A DNA stretch of 62,209 nt, counting the filler. It is 6 parts of 6 records of this genome, joined end to end, with 100 filler letters (N's around TTAATTAATTAA, not from the genome) between each part and the next. Parts side by side here need not be neighbours in the genome. Positions count along the whole stretch, not along the records: positions 24,604 to 36,524 come from SRR31156797_18886; positions 36,625 to 57,099 come from SRR31156797_18905; 4 more parts are not named here. One strand, given 5' to 3'. Shown here one piece after another: positions 30,921 to 41,210 of the stretch. Position 1 is the first letter of the stretch; each line of letters opens with the position of its first letter. The notes under the pieces are model-generated. The model saw only the letters and a program-made list of their open reading frames with translations. It did not search any database and had not been told where the DNA came from. A program made the position numbers and the translations under genes.

Positions 30921-32432
30921 TTGTTCGAGAATAAATATATACAACAAAGAATAGCAAAAGCAGACCTATTAAGAAGTCAAGATGTAAATCCATATTGTAA
31001 TAGATCAAGTAGAAATACAACGATCGAGAAGTTTTTAAATGTAAATAGTGATGTAGAAAACACTGAGAACAAAAGAGATGAAAATAGAGTGTATACCGTA
31101 GCTGGGAGAATTAAGTTTTTTAGACTTATGGGAAAAGCAAGTTTTGTAAAAATAGAAGATGAAAGTGGACTTCTTCAAGTATATGTGGCACGAGATAATT
31201 TAGCTGAAGGGTTTTATAATGAAACCTTTAAAAAGAGTTTTGAAGTAGGAGATATTGTTGAAGTGGAGGGGTATCCTTTTGTAACAGGAAAAGGGGAACT
31301 TTCACTGCATGCTAATACTATCAAGATGCTAACAAAAGCGATCTCTCCACTTCCTGAGAAATATCATGGGATCACAGATAAAGAGCTAAGATATAGACAA
31401 CGATATCTTGATCTTATTATGAACTCTGAGGTAAGAAAAACTTTTCATACACGATCTAAAGTAATTAGCTTAACAAGAAGATTCTTTGAAGATAAAGGTT
31501 TCTTAGAAGTTGAGACTCCGATGATGCATCCAATTGCGGGTGGAGCCAATGCAAAACCATTTGTAACACATCATAATGCACTTGGAGTTGATAGATTCCT
31601 TAGAATTGCACCAGAGCTTTATCTAAAAAGACTAATTGTTGGTGGATTTGAAGCGGTATTTGAGATCAATAGAAACTTTAGAAATGAAGGGATGGATGCA
31701 ACGCATAATCCTGAATTTACTTCAATTGAGTTTTACTGGGCATATAAAACCTATAAAGATTTAATTGAGATTACAAAAGAGTATTTTGATTATCTTTTTG
31801 ATCATTTAAATTTACCTACAGTATTGCCATATGGTGAGCTTAAAATAGATTTTTCAGAATTTTCAGAGATTCCACTTATTCAATCTCTTACAGATATTGG
31901 TGGAGTACCAGCTGATGTGGCAATCGATAAAGAAAAAGCGATAGCATATCTTACAAAAAGTGGAGTAGAGGTAAATGACTCTATGAACTTAGGACAACTT
32001 CAAGGGGAGATGTTTGATGAGTATGTGGAAGAAAAACTTATCAATCCTACATTTATCACAGAATACCCTGTAGAGATCTCACCACTAGCACGTAGAAGTG
32101 ATGATCAACCACATCTTACAGATAGATTTGAGCTTTTTATTGCAGGAAAAGAGATAGCAAATGCATTCTCAGAGCTTAATGATCCAATTGATCAATTAGA
32201 GCGATTTGAAGGGCAAATGGCAGCAAAAGATAGTGGTGATGATGAAGCTCATGAGATGGATGAAGACTTTGTAAATGCTTTATCTTATGGTATGGCTCCA
32301 ACAGCTGGCCAAGGGATAGGGATTGATAGATTGGTGATGATGCTTACAAATCAACATAGTATTCGAGATGTATTGTTATTTCCTGCAATGAAGCCTATTG
32401 CTAAGGAGATTGATCTATTAGAAGATGAATGA
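30921..32432 (+). CDS. lysS: Lysine--tRNA ligase (class II)
   Basis: [45 protein letters not shown]. Confidence 0.99.
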   Translation: MFENKYIQQRIAKADLLRSQDVNPYCNRSSRNTTIEKFLNVNSDVENTENKRDENRVYTVAGRIKFFRLMGKASFVKIEDESGLLQVYVARDNLAEGFYNETFKKSFEVGDIVEVEGYPFVTGKGELSLHANTIKMLTKAISPLPEKYHGITDKELRYRQRYLDLIMNSEVRKTFHTRSKVISLTRRFFEDKGFLEVETPMMHPIAGGANAKPFVTHHNALGVDRFLRIAPELYLKRLIVGGFEAVFEINRNFRNEGMDATHNPEFTSIEFYWAYKTYKDLIEITKEYFDYLFDHLNLPTVLPYGELKIDFSEFSEIPLIQSLTDIGGVPADVAIDKEKAIAYLTKSGVEVNDSMNLGQLQGEMFDEYVEEKLINPTFITEYPVEISPLARRSDDQPHLTDRFELFIAGKEIANAFSELNDPIDQLERFEGQMAAKDSGDDEAHEMDEDFVNALSYGMAPTAGQGIGIDRLVMMLTNQHSIRDVLLFPAMKPIAKEIDLLEDE

Positions 32433-32679
32433 TAAAAAACTTCTAAAGTTAATTCTTACAAATCAAAAAAATATTAAATTTAATGATTTTGTAAGATTTG
32501 TTCAGTGTTTTGGATATGAACTTGATAGAGTAACTGGTAGTCATCATATCTTTAAACACAGTGAAATTTCTGATATAATAAATATACAAAATGTCAAAGG
32601 TGAGGTGAAACCATATCAAGTGAAACAGTTCATTAAAATTATTGAGTTAAATAACTTACAATATAAGGAGTTGCCGTGA
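32425..32679 (+). CDS. hicA: HicA-family mRNA interferase toxin
   Basis: [24 protein letters not shown]. Confidence 0.88.
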   Translation: MNDKKLLKLILTNQKNIKFNDFVRFVQCFGYELDRVTGSHHIFKHSEISDIINIQNVKGEVKPYQVKQFIKIIELNNLQYKELP

Positions 32680-32900
32680 AAGACTACCATATAAATATTT
32701 TTTACAGTGATGAGGATGAGGGTTATATTGCTGATATACCTGATTTAAAATATTGTAGTGCCTTTGGAGAGACACAGGAAGAAGCTTTAAAAGAAGTTTT
32801 AAAAGCAAAAAAGATATGGCTTGAATCGTGTGAGGAGAAGTGTAAAATACCTGAACCACATTTTATGCCACTAATATACCAAATGAATCAAATAAACTAA
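32676..32900 (+). CDS. hicB: HicB-family antitoxin (short form)
   Basis: YIADIPDLKYCSAFGETQEEAL, WLE, IPEP; GTG start overlaps hicA stop. Confidence 0.9.
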   Translation: MKDYHINIFYSDEDEGYIADIPDLKYCSAFGETQEEALKEVLKAKKIWLESCEEKCKIPEPHFMPLIYQMNQIN

Positions 32901-32917
32901 ATAAAAGGATAAAATAG

Positions 32918-34180
32918 ATGAGTTTTTTAAGTAATGACAATTTAGCAACAGCGGATAAAGAAGTATTTGATATTATTGAAAATGAGTTGGAAAGACAAAC
33001 AAATCACTTAGAGATGATTGCAAGTGAAAACTTTACATCTCCAGCAGTTATGGAAGCTATGGGATCAGTATTTACAAATAAGTATGCTGAAGGATATCCA
33101 TATAAAAGATACTATGGTGGATGTGAATTTGCTGATAAAGTTGAACAATTAGCGATTGATAGAGCGTGTGAGATTTTTGGATGTAATTATGCAAATGTTC
33201 AACCACACTCAGGATCACAAGCAAATGGTGCAGTTTACGCTGCACTCATCAAAGCTGGAGATAAAATTTTAGGTATGGATCTATCTCATGGTGGACACCT
33301 TACTCATGGATCTAAACCATCTTTTTCAGGAAAGAACTATCATGCATTTTACTACGGAGTAGAGCTTGATGGTAGAATCAATTATGATAGAGTGATGGAT
33401 ATTGCAAAAATCACTCAACCAAAAATCATCGTTTGTGGTGCTTCAGCATATGCTAGAGAGATTGATTTTAAAAAATTTAGAGAAATAGCAGATGCAGTTG
33501 GTGCTTACCTTTTTGCTGATATCGCTCACATTGCTGGTTTAGTTGCAGCTGGTGAGCATATGTCACCATTTCCTTATGCAGATGTTGTAACAACTACAAC
33601 TCATAAGACTTTAAGAGGTCCAAGAGGTGGTATGATCATGTGTAATGATGAAGATATTGCTAAAAAGATCAATTCAGCTATCTTCCCAGGGATCCAAGGT
33701 GGACCACTTGTACATGTGATTGCTGCAAAAGCAGTTGCTTTTGGTGAGATCTTAAAACCAGCTTGGAAAGAATATGCTAAGCAAGTAAAAGCGAATGCAA
33801 AAGTATTAGGGGAAGTATTAGTAAAAAGAGGATATGATTTAGTAAGTGAGGGTACAGATAATCATCTAGTATTAGTAAGCTTTTTAAATAAAGATTTCTC
33901 AGGGAAAGATGCTGATGCAGCACTTGGAAATGCAGGAATTACTGTAAATAAAAATACAGTTCCAGGTGAGACTAGAAGTCCATTTGTTACAAGTGGTATT
34001 AGAATTGGATCTCCTGCACTTACAGCTAGAGGGATGAAAGAAGCTGAATTTGAAATTATTGCAAATAAAATTGCAGATGTGTTAGATGATATTAGCAACG
34101 TTGAGTTACAAAAAACGGTTAATAGCGAACTTGAAGAGTTAGCGAAAAAATTTGTTATTTATACACAATCAACCTATTAA
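32918..34180 (+). CDS. glyA: Serine hydroxymethyltransferase
   Basis: [35 protein letters not shown]. Confidence 0.99.
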   Translation: MSFLSNDNLATADKEVFDIIENELERQTNHLEMIASENFTSPAVMEAMGSVFTNKYAEGYPYKRYYGGCEFADKVEQLAIDRACEIFGCNYANVQPHSGSQANGAVYAALIKAGDKILGMDLSHGGHLTHGSKPSFSGKNYHAFYYGVELDGRINYDRVMDIAKITQPKIIVCGASAYAREIDFKKFREIADAVGAYLFADIAHIAGLVAAGEHMSPFPYADVVTTTTHKTLRGPRGGMIMCNDEDIAKKINSAIFPGIQGGPLVHVIAAKAVAFGEILKPAWKEYAKQVKANAKVLGEVLVKRGYDLVSEGTDNHLVLVSFLNKDFSGKDADAALGNAGITVNKNTVPGETRSPFVTSGIRIGSPALTARGMKEAEFEIIANKIADVLDDISNVELQKTVNSELEELAKKFVIYTQSTY

Positions 34181-34205
34181 TATCTAACGCTAAAAGGAGG
34201 GGATT

Positions 34206-35249
34206 ATGGAAGTTGATGGAAAAGAGTTTATGAGAAATGTTGCACTTGAACAAGAGCAAGAAAGATTAAGACGTGAACAAGAAAAGCTCAAAGCTTTAAA
34301 AAGAGAATCAGTATATAAAAAAGAACAGAATGTAGAGGAACAAGAGGAATCTGCATATGTTGATCTTTCTTTAAATGATCTTGCAAGTATGTCTTCTTCA
34401 TCACAAACCCAACAATCAACTCCCCATCGTGAGACGATACAAGATATTAGGCTAGAACCTGAAGATCCTAATAAAGCAAAGAAAAAATATATACTCTTAG
34501 GGCTTGCTTTGATTTTAGTTTTTGTGATCACTATTTTAGTGATCCGTGTTGTGTCAAATAGTGATACCCAAGATTCATTACAAAATGAAACTCCAGAACA
34601 AAAAGAGCTTATTACGGATAAGATCTTAGATAAAATAGATTCAAATGAAGAGTTTCAAAAAGCGGTAGAGAAAAAAGATGCACAAAAAGAGATGCAAGAG
34701 TTAGAAAATCAGCGTCAAGAAGCACAGCCAAAGCTAGAGCTTCCTAAAGAGGTTGCACAAAAAGAGACTCCTCTACTTATTCAAAAACCTCAAAAAGAGG
34801 AAGCCGTAAGAGATCCATTAGGATTAGATTCTGTTCCAGATACACAAGTGGCTCCTAAACCAGTTCAACCAAAAGTAGAAAAAGGAACGGTTCAAGAAAA
34901 AGCTAAAGTGGTTGAGACAAAAAATAGTGTGACAAAAGATCAAGTAAAAGTGGAGAAAAAAGTTCCTGCACTTCCACAGGTAAAATCAGCTCAACCTCAA
35001 GTAAGTAGCTCAAAAGTAGCTGGGTATTATGTGCAAGTTGGTGCTTTTACAAAACAGCCAGCAAAAGCTCTTTTAACTGAGATTAGAACAAAAGGGTATG
35101 TGTATGCTATTCATCCTGTGAATGTAAAAGGAACTATGTATAATAAAGTGATCATAGGACCATATCCAACAAGAGCCATTGCAAGCCAAAAGCTTCCATT
35201 GATTAAGCAACAGTTAAAACGATCTGGTGCTTATGTTGTGAAGTTTTAA
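34206..35249 (+). CDS. SPOR-domain cell-division protein (FtsN/DedD-like)
   Basis: Single TM, low-complexity linker, C-terminal YYVQVGAF..KVIIGPY. Confidence 0.88.
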   Translation: MEVDGKEFMRNVALEQEQERLRREQEKLKALKRESVYKKEQNVEEQEESAYVDLSLNDLASMSSSSQTQQSTPHRETIQDIRLEPEDPNKAKKKYILLGLALILVFVITILVIRVVSNSDTQDSLQNETPEQKELITDKILDKIDSNEEFQKAVEKKDAQKEMQELENQRQEAQPKLELPKEVAQKETPLLIQKPQKEEAVRDPLGLDSVPDTQVAPKPVQPKVEKGTVQEKAKVVETKNSVTKDQVKVEKKVPALPQVKSAQPQVSSSKVAGYYVQVGAFTKQPAKALLTEIRTKGYVYAIHPVNVKGTMYNKVIIGPYPTRAIASQKLPLIKQQLKRSGAYVVKF

Positions 35250-35258
35250 AGGGATTGA

Positions 35259-36524
35259 ATGGAGTTTTATACAAAGCAGATATTTTTAGACCAGTTTACC
35301 CCAGTTTCTATTTATCAAAAAGTAAAGGAGATCTTTCCTTCAGAGATCACTTTTCTTTTTGAATCAGTTGTTAATAGTGATGATGGAAACTTTAGTTATA
35401 TCATTATTGGAGATCGTGAAAGAGTTTGGCATAAAGATGAAAAAAGTTTTCATAAAAATGAAGATGGAACGATAACAGAGATTGATAAAAATCCATTTGT
35501 ATTTTTAAAAGAGTATTACAAAAAACTAGATAAAACTCTTTATAAACAAAAAGGGGAAGAGTTAGGGATCGGCCTTATTGATGGCTTCATTGGAAATATG
35601 GGCTATGATATGGTTGCGACTTTTGAGCCTGTACTTCAAAAATCTATGACAGATCTTAAAGATGAGTTTCATATCGCAGATTGTGATCTTATCCGTCCTA
35701 AAATGGTTTTAGTCTATTCACATAAAAACTCTAATCTTACAATTGTCACTTCTATGAAATCAATGGAGCAGTATATAAAAAAAGTGGAAGAGAAACTCAA
35801 TGAGCCTTTTACTTATACACCATTAAAAAAAGTAGAGCTTTTAGATGAAGGAAGTTTTGCACACTCAAAAGAAAAGTTTTTTGAGATGATCGCAAAATCA
35901 AAAGAGATGATCCGAAACGGAGATGTATTTCAGATCCTTATGACCAATCGATATACAAGACGAGCTAAAATAGATAGTTTAAGTTTTTATAGAGCTTTAC
36001 GAAGTAAAAACCCAAGTCCATATCTATTTTTATTAGAGTATGAAGATTTTTGTATTGCTGGAAGCTCCCCTGAAGTGATGGTAAGACTTACCAATGATCG
36101 AATCCTTTTACGACCAATTGCAGGGACAAGAAAACGTGGAAAAACCCATGCAAAAGATATGGAAATGGAACGTGAAATGCGGAGTGACCCTAAAGAAGTA
36201 GCTGAGCATGTAATGCTTATAGACCTTGGAAGAAATGATGTGGGACGAGTAGCAAAAGTAGGAACCGTACAAGTAACAGACAAGATGCGAGTTGAGAGAT
36301 ATTCTCATGTGATGCATTTAGTCTCAGATGTAGAAGCAACGATAGATGAAAAATATGATATGTTTGATCTATTTGCTGCAACTTTTACAGCAGGGACTAT
36401 GACAGGAGCTCCAAAGATTAGGGCTATGGAGTTGATTGCAGAGTTTGAGGGCTTAAAACGATCATTTTATAGCGGAAGTATTGCATATTTTGGCTTTGAT
36501 GGAAATATGGATAGTGCTATTACT
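35259..36524 (+). CDS. Anthranilate synthase component I family protein (3' truncated)
   Basis: LFES, GDVFQ, NPSPY, GSSPE, RPIAGT, EHVMLIDLGRND, YSHVMH, GAPKIRAM; TrpE versus PabB not resolved. Confidence 0.9.
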
Positions 36525-36624
36525 NNNNNNNNNNNNNNNNNNNNNNNNNNNNNNNNNNNNNNNNNNNNTTAATTAATTAANNNNNNNNNNNNNNNNNNNN
36601 NNNNNNNNNNNNNNNNNNNNNNNN
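36525..36624. other. Artificial contig spacer
   Basis: Same linker. Confidence 0.99.
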
Positions 36625-36645
36625 GTTAGCGCAGCGTAACCCAAC
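36625..36645. repeat. Truncated REP-like hairpin at contig edge
   Basis: GTTAGCGCAGCGTAACCCAAC looks like the right part of a GTTGGGTTA...TAACCCAAC palindrome. Confidence 0.5.
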
Positions 36646-36821
36646 AATTTCATTTTGAGTCGCCGTCAGGTGGTTCTGTCCTTAGGAGTGCGGGACAATA
36701 AGCGGTGGTTTTATATCTGTCGGAACCTTTTCGGACAGTGAGTTTCTTATATGATAAGATAAATCAGGTCATTTTCGAAGGTTTATCGTTTGTTATCGTA
36801 TCACTGAGTTATGGAGCATGC

Positions 36822-37271
36822 ATGACCTGGATAAAAAGAAACTTACTGATATTTATAATAATGCCATTGGCTGCGGCGTCTCTGGTTGCTGTTGGTTATT
36901 TTCTTTTTCCTGAACGGTATGGCTCCATCATGGCGAAATTAGATTTGTGGAAAGGCGATCCTAGAGTCATCATTCTGGGATATCCGGTTCTGCCGGATGA
37001 AAAAACTGAAAAAGCGCTTGAAGAATGTGGTTTTGATATAAGTTTTGGGGGATGCGTGTTGAATGATCTTATCATTCAATTCGCCAACGGATATAACCGC
37101 ACAATGAAGAAGGCGGTTCTGAATCATTTTGAATGTAAAAGAAAAGACAGGCTGGTGGAATTCATTGACGGACTAATCTTTAACCTGCCTGTTTTTGATA
37201 AAGAGCAACTAACAAGGCGCCGGTTCAATTCCGGTGGTTACACTTCACCTTTTAGAAGACCTTTATCTTAA
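36822..37271 (+). CDS. Membrane-anchored hypothetical protein
   Basis: GGAG RBS; N-terminal TM; GCV..GYN segment. Confidence 0.6.
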   Translation: MTWIKRNLLIFIIMPLAAASLVAVGYFLFPERYGSIMAKLDLWKGDPRVIILGYPVLPDEKTEKALEECGFDISFGGCVLNDLIIQFANGYNRTMKKAVLNHFECKRKDRLVEFIDGLIFNLPVFDKEQLTRRRFNSGGYTSPFRRPLS

Positions 37272-37381
37272 GTCGCAGACTCTTGATTCGTTTCCGTTTC
37301 AAGGGCATTGGTTTTGTTGCCCGAAACTGCATTGCGCAATCTTTCGATTTCTTGTTAATAGGCCTTGAATGTTAAATCGCC

Positions 37382-37411
37382 AAAATAAAAAGGGGCCCGC
37401 GGGCGGCCCCT
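37382..37411 (-). terminator. Rho-independent terminator of the secreted repeat protein gene
   Basis: Minus strand AGGGGCC-GCCCGCG-GGCCCCT-TTTTATTTT. Confidence 0.75.
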
Positions 37412-37439
37412 CTATAATTCTATTTTGAAGATTAGCTAT

Positions 37440-38627
37440 TTATTCCAGAATGGAGGAGATGAAGCATCCGCCGCCTCCTCCGCCTCCACCGCCTCCGCCG
37501 CCGCCGGCGTCACCTGTATTAATGGTATAGACAGCCCCCATATAAGTTTTACTCATTCCCATCTTTCCTCCGGCCAGATTCTGAGCGGCTAACGCCCCGG
37601 CATCTTCAGCAGATGATGGATCGCTTTGAATGGCCGCGGCATTGTTGGCGGAGGCGCTTCCGGAAAGAATTCCGTTGGAATCCAAATTGAATCCGCCGGA
37701 TGTGAAATTTACATCCACATTATGAATTATGTCATGGATGGAGCCTCCAGTTATATTTCCACTGGCATTCAGTGTAACAAAACCATACCCGAGTCCTGCT
37801 AAATGCGGTGGGGAAAGTTCTATTTTGTATCCATACCACGTTCCGGCTAAATCACTGGCACTGAATGAACCGCCCTGCTTGGTCATCTGAACGTGAGAAA
37901 ACACGCGACTACCGGTTTCAGTTATTATCACGCCCGAATTTTTCGTTTCAGCCATTTTCCCATGGCGTACATTGTAGTTATTTCCAAATGAATCGGTAAA
38001 AGCGCCGAATACGCGTCCAAAGGCATCGAGTGAAAAATTTCCGGCTGTTATTGATGCACTTTGCCCATTGTTGTAGGTGATGGTTCCTCCGGTTACGTTT
38101 CCTACATTATTAACAGCCACGTTTCCGGAGAAGACTGAGCCAAGCGAATTGAATCCCATAACATACCATGAGCCTTGCAGATCCGAGGTTGAAAAAGCTC
38201 CGCCGCTTTTCACCAGAGGCTGACAATAGTATCCTCCGGAACTATCCTTGCCTACCATGGCCGCCGTGCACTTATCTGAACACATCTTGAATGATTCAAT
38301 AGTTAAATTAACACCGTTGTTCCACCTCAGAGAGCCATTACCCAAACCGGTATTATCAATGGAAAATGACCCGGAATTGACCGTCGAGGCTCCGCCGCCG
38401 CCCGTGAGAAAATAGGCGGTTCCGCTGGTTATTGCGCCGCTGTTGTCAACCGTGAAGATGCAATAATCGGTAATTCCGTAGGCGTACCAGGTTCCCCCCA
38501 GGTCTGATGTCGCAAAAGAGCCGCCGGCTTTAAACCAGTTTGAAAGTCCATCATAAGTAAATCCCGTGGCTGGAACCATAATGAGTAAAAATACCGATGC
38601 CGTTAAAATCGCAATAATCCTTCGCAT
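37440..38627 (-). CDS. Secreted protein with three beta-rich internal repeats and a poly-Gly-CFI C-terminal tag
   Basis: GGAGG RBS; signal peptide; repeats KxGGxF.xSDLxGxWY x3; ends in a long Gly run then CFISSILE. Confidence 0.85.
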   Translation of the reverse strand: MRRIIAILTASVFLLIMVPATGFTYDGLSNWFKAGGSFATSDLGGTWYAYGITDYCIFTVDNSGAITSGTAYFLTGGGGASTVNSGSFSIDNTGLGNGSLRWNNGVNLTIESFKMCSDKCTAAMVGKDSSGGYYCQPLVKSGGAFSTSDLQGSWYVMGFNSLGSVFSGNVAVNNVGNVTGGTITYNNGQSASITAGNFSLDAFGRVFGAFTDSFGNNYNVRHGKMAETKNSGVIITETGSRVFSHVQMTKQGGSFSASDLAGTWYGYKIELSPPHLAGLGYGFVTLNASGNITGGSIHDIIHNVDVNFTSGGFNLDSNGILSGSASANNAAAIQSDPSSAEDAGALAAQNLAGGKMGMSKTYMGAVYTINTGDAGGGGGGGGGGGGGCFISSILE

Positions 38628-39381
38628 TTGAACCTCCGCTTCAATAGTAGTCTTCAAGTTGATTGCAAGTCCTAGTGTCGGAATAGGAAACCAAAAGTGT
38701 TGAAGTTAAGGATTATAAAACGTCTTTTACGTGAGCTTCATGAAATCCGAAATAAGTTCATTCGGCTTTAAGTTCTAATTTGCCCCAAAGGGCAATAAAT
38801 ACATTCCGAGCTTAAATTGCAATAAGGGATTCCCTGATTATGGGCTTCGTTATTTCTGATTTTGGTTGTGAAAATAAAGACCGCTTCGTTCGATCTTTTA
38901 TTCGGTGTTTATTTCAGAAGAATGAATGCAGGCCGTTTAATTTGTTTTTTGACAAAATCTTAAAATGTGGATGAGAAATAACCATATAAATAGGTTGTCT
39001 TTATATTTGAAGAGGATCGGCGGCGTCGGGCTTTGAATTATAAAATTATATGAGTTACGATTTAAAAGGGTTAAAAGGAAAGCGGCGTCGAAATGACCGG
39101 GTGATCACAATCAGGATAATTGTGGGACTGAGGTATGATTCCAGGGCGACAGAGGGCCCATCCCTTTTGAATAGAATCCGAGACCATCTTTTGCTAAACG
39201 GCACGAGAACTGATGCTATATATGGTTCGTTATTGCCTTTGGATTTAGCCTTTCAGCCTTTGTGATCGGCGTGAGTAAATTGGCGTCGCGTCTCAATATT
39301 GTCTCAACTAAACAAGATGACACTTATAGATATTAAGGAGCTCCTAGGTCAGAGACCGGGAACCAAAGGGGATTACATGCC

Positions 39382-40035
39382 ATGAGCATAAGGATTCTCC
39401 TGGCCGATAACCGTCGGATAATTCTCCACATCCTTTGCACAGTATTGGAAAAGGAACCGGATATGGAGGTAGCGGGTATGGCGGAAAATGGTCGATCCAC
39501 AGTAGAATTGGCGCTGGACCTGATGCCTGATGTTGTTGTCATGGATATCAATATGCCCGACCTGAATGGAATGGAAACTATCAGAGAGATTCGAATAGAG
39601 AGGCCGGATGTAAAAGTGCTGGCTTTGTCCATGTATTCCGACCGACATTATGTGATGGATATGCTCAAGGCCGGGGCCTCAGGCTACCTTGTAAAAACCA
39701 ATCCGTTAAATGAGTTTGCCAAAGCCGTTCGCACCGTGGCCGCAGGTCAGAGTTACATGAGCCCGGACATTGCCGGCCTGTTAGTAGATAACTGGCAGAA
39801 GCAGGATCAAGAAGAGAATGCCGCGGCCGTTTCCATGTTGACGCAACGTGAACGAGAGGTATTTCAACTGGTGGCGGAAGGCATGAAATCAAGAGAGATT
39901 GCACAACGACTTGATGTGAGCCCAAAAACTATAGAAGCACACCGCCACAGGATAATGAAAAAGTTAAAACTGCGAAGCATTTCAGCGTTGACAAAGCTTG
40001 CGATTAAAGAAGGGATTTCTTCGATAGATAGCTGA
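39382..40035 (+). CDS. NarL/FixJ-family response regulator (REC-LuxR HTH)
   Basis: VVMDINMP, LALS, GYLVK, LTQREREV, SPKTIEAHR. Confidence 0.95.
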   Translation: MSIRILLADNRRIILHILCTVLEKEPDMEVAGMAENGRSTVELALDLMPDVVVMDINMPDLNGMETIREIRIERPDVKVLALSMYSDRHYVMDMLKAGASGYLVKTNPLNEFAKAVRTVAAGQSYMSPDIAGLLVDNWQKQDQEENAAAVSMLTQREREVFQLVAEGMKSREIAQRLDVSPKTIEAHRHRIMKKLKLRSISALTKLAIKEGISSIDS

Positions 40036-40269
40036 TTTGACGGAATATTATTGGATTTATCGGGAATCGGCAAACAATAGCCCAATCCTTCCTTCCAGCT
40101 TTGTAGTGTTATGGCGTTTTGGCAATTTTCGCCCCCCCCTATCAGGCATCTCGAAGTACAAAATAGGTGTAAACCCTAATACAAAGGTCTATTTTTATCG
40201 GATACTCTATTAATCAAGATTGTCTGTTTTATCCGGCTGTCATTTGAATATCGAGGTCTTCCGATCATA
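39996..40269 (+). repeat. Diverged direct repeat, copy 1 (regulator 3' end plus promoter region)
   Basis: Aligns with 56467-56740 at offset ~16472; core CTATCAGGcATCTCGAAGTAcAAAATAGGTGTAAACCCTAATAC. Confidence 0.9.
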
Positions 40270-40685
40270 CAAGTGAGGAATGGCAGGATAGAGAACGGTT
40301 TTCAAACTCAGATCAACAACCTACTAAAACACATGTCCTCTCTGCTTCCCGGACTAACATCGCACTTTGCTTTATTAGAGCTATCATCCCCAACTAGCTG
40401 ATAGATTGGGAGAATAATGATTCTACCTGTCGATGATAACAAGGGCTTGCGTTGAAATGTACATACCGCCCGGAAAGGGAATCGGGCTCGGAAAGAGGGC
40501 CGGTCGGGGTCGTTCACACCCAGGCTGGGGACAAGGTTTACACGGTCTGATATCGTCTGCCGCATAGTCAATCATAGGATGAAAAGTGAAGGTTGGAAGG
40601 CGGACAACACATTATGACAGGCCGATCGCGCCCGCTTAATGAGGCCAACGGGAAAATGGCATATATAAGCGAGAAAGGAAAAAAC

Positions 40686-41192
40686 ATGCCTGTCAATCCG
40701 GCTGACGCCGGAAAGGAGAATTTTGCCCGGTTTGTTTGTTTCCAGTTTGACAGGCAGCGTTATGCCATAGCCCTGGATTACGTGGACCGGGTTCTGCGTA
40801 TGGCGGCCGTAATGCCTGTGCCCGAGGCTCCGCCATGGGTAGCCGGCGTAATCAACGTCCACGGGCAAGTAATTCCGGTGTTGAATCTGCGTGAACGACT
40901 CGGCCACCCGCCAAAAGCGCCCGGACTGGACGACCGATTGTTGATTGTGAACGTCATGCACCGGACTATAGCCATCATGGTGGACCAGGTAACTGAAGTA
41001 CTGGAAATACCTGCTTCTGATATTGAATCGGCCCACGGCCCTATTTCGCATTCACAGTTGGCTGCGGCGCTGATAAGGCGAGAAGAAGACATGATCCCGG
41101 TTATTGATTCATCTCGGGCGGCGATGTTCGGAGAAGACGACTTTGTCATGTGGGAAGAAGAGTCCCGTGAAGCCGATGTGGATACAGGCTAA
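40686..41192 (+). CDS. cheW: CheW coupling protein
   Basis: FVCFQFDRQRYAI, VPEAPPWVAGVINVHGQVIPV, AIMVDQV; AAGGA RBS before ATG 40686. Confidence 0.92.
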   Translation: MPVNPADAGKENFARFVCFQFDRQRYAIALDYVDRVLRMAAVMPVPEAPPWVAGVINVHGQVIPVLNLRERLGHPPKAPGLDDRLLIVNVMHRTIAIMVDQVTEVLEIPASDIESAHGPISHSQLAAALIRREEDMIPVIDSSRAAMFGEDDFVMWEEESREADVDTG

Positions 41193-41210
41193 GGAAGAAG
41201 GCGCATCACA

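Noticed and set aside
37467..37508. CCG/CCT triplet run as a DNA tandem repeat
   Set aside because: Encodes the poly-Gly linker with mixed codons; covered by the protein finding
39050..39265. 71-aa ORF upstream of the NarL regulator
   Set aside because: No RBS, motif or convincing composition
40132..40139. C8 homopolymer in the promoter as a phase-variation switch
   Set aside because: Short tract; the second repeat copy has an interrupted run of the same length, so no sign of slippage
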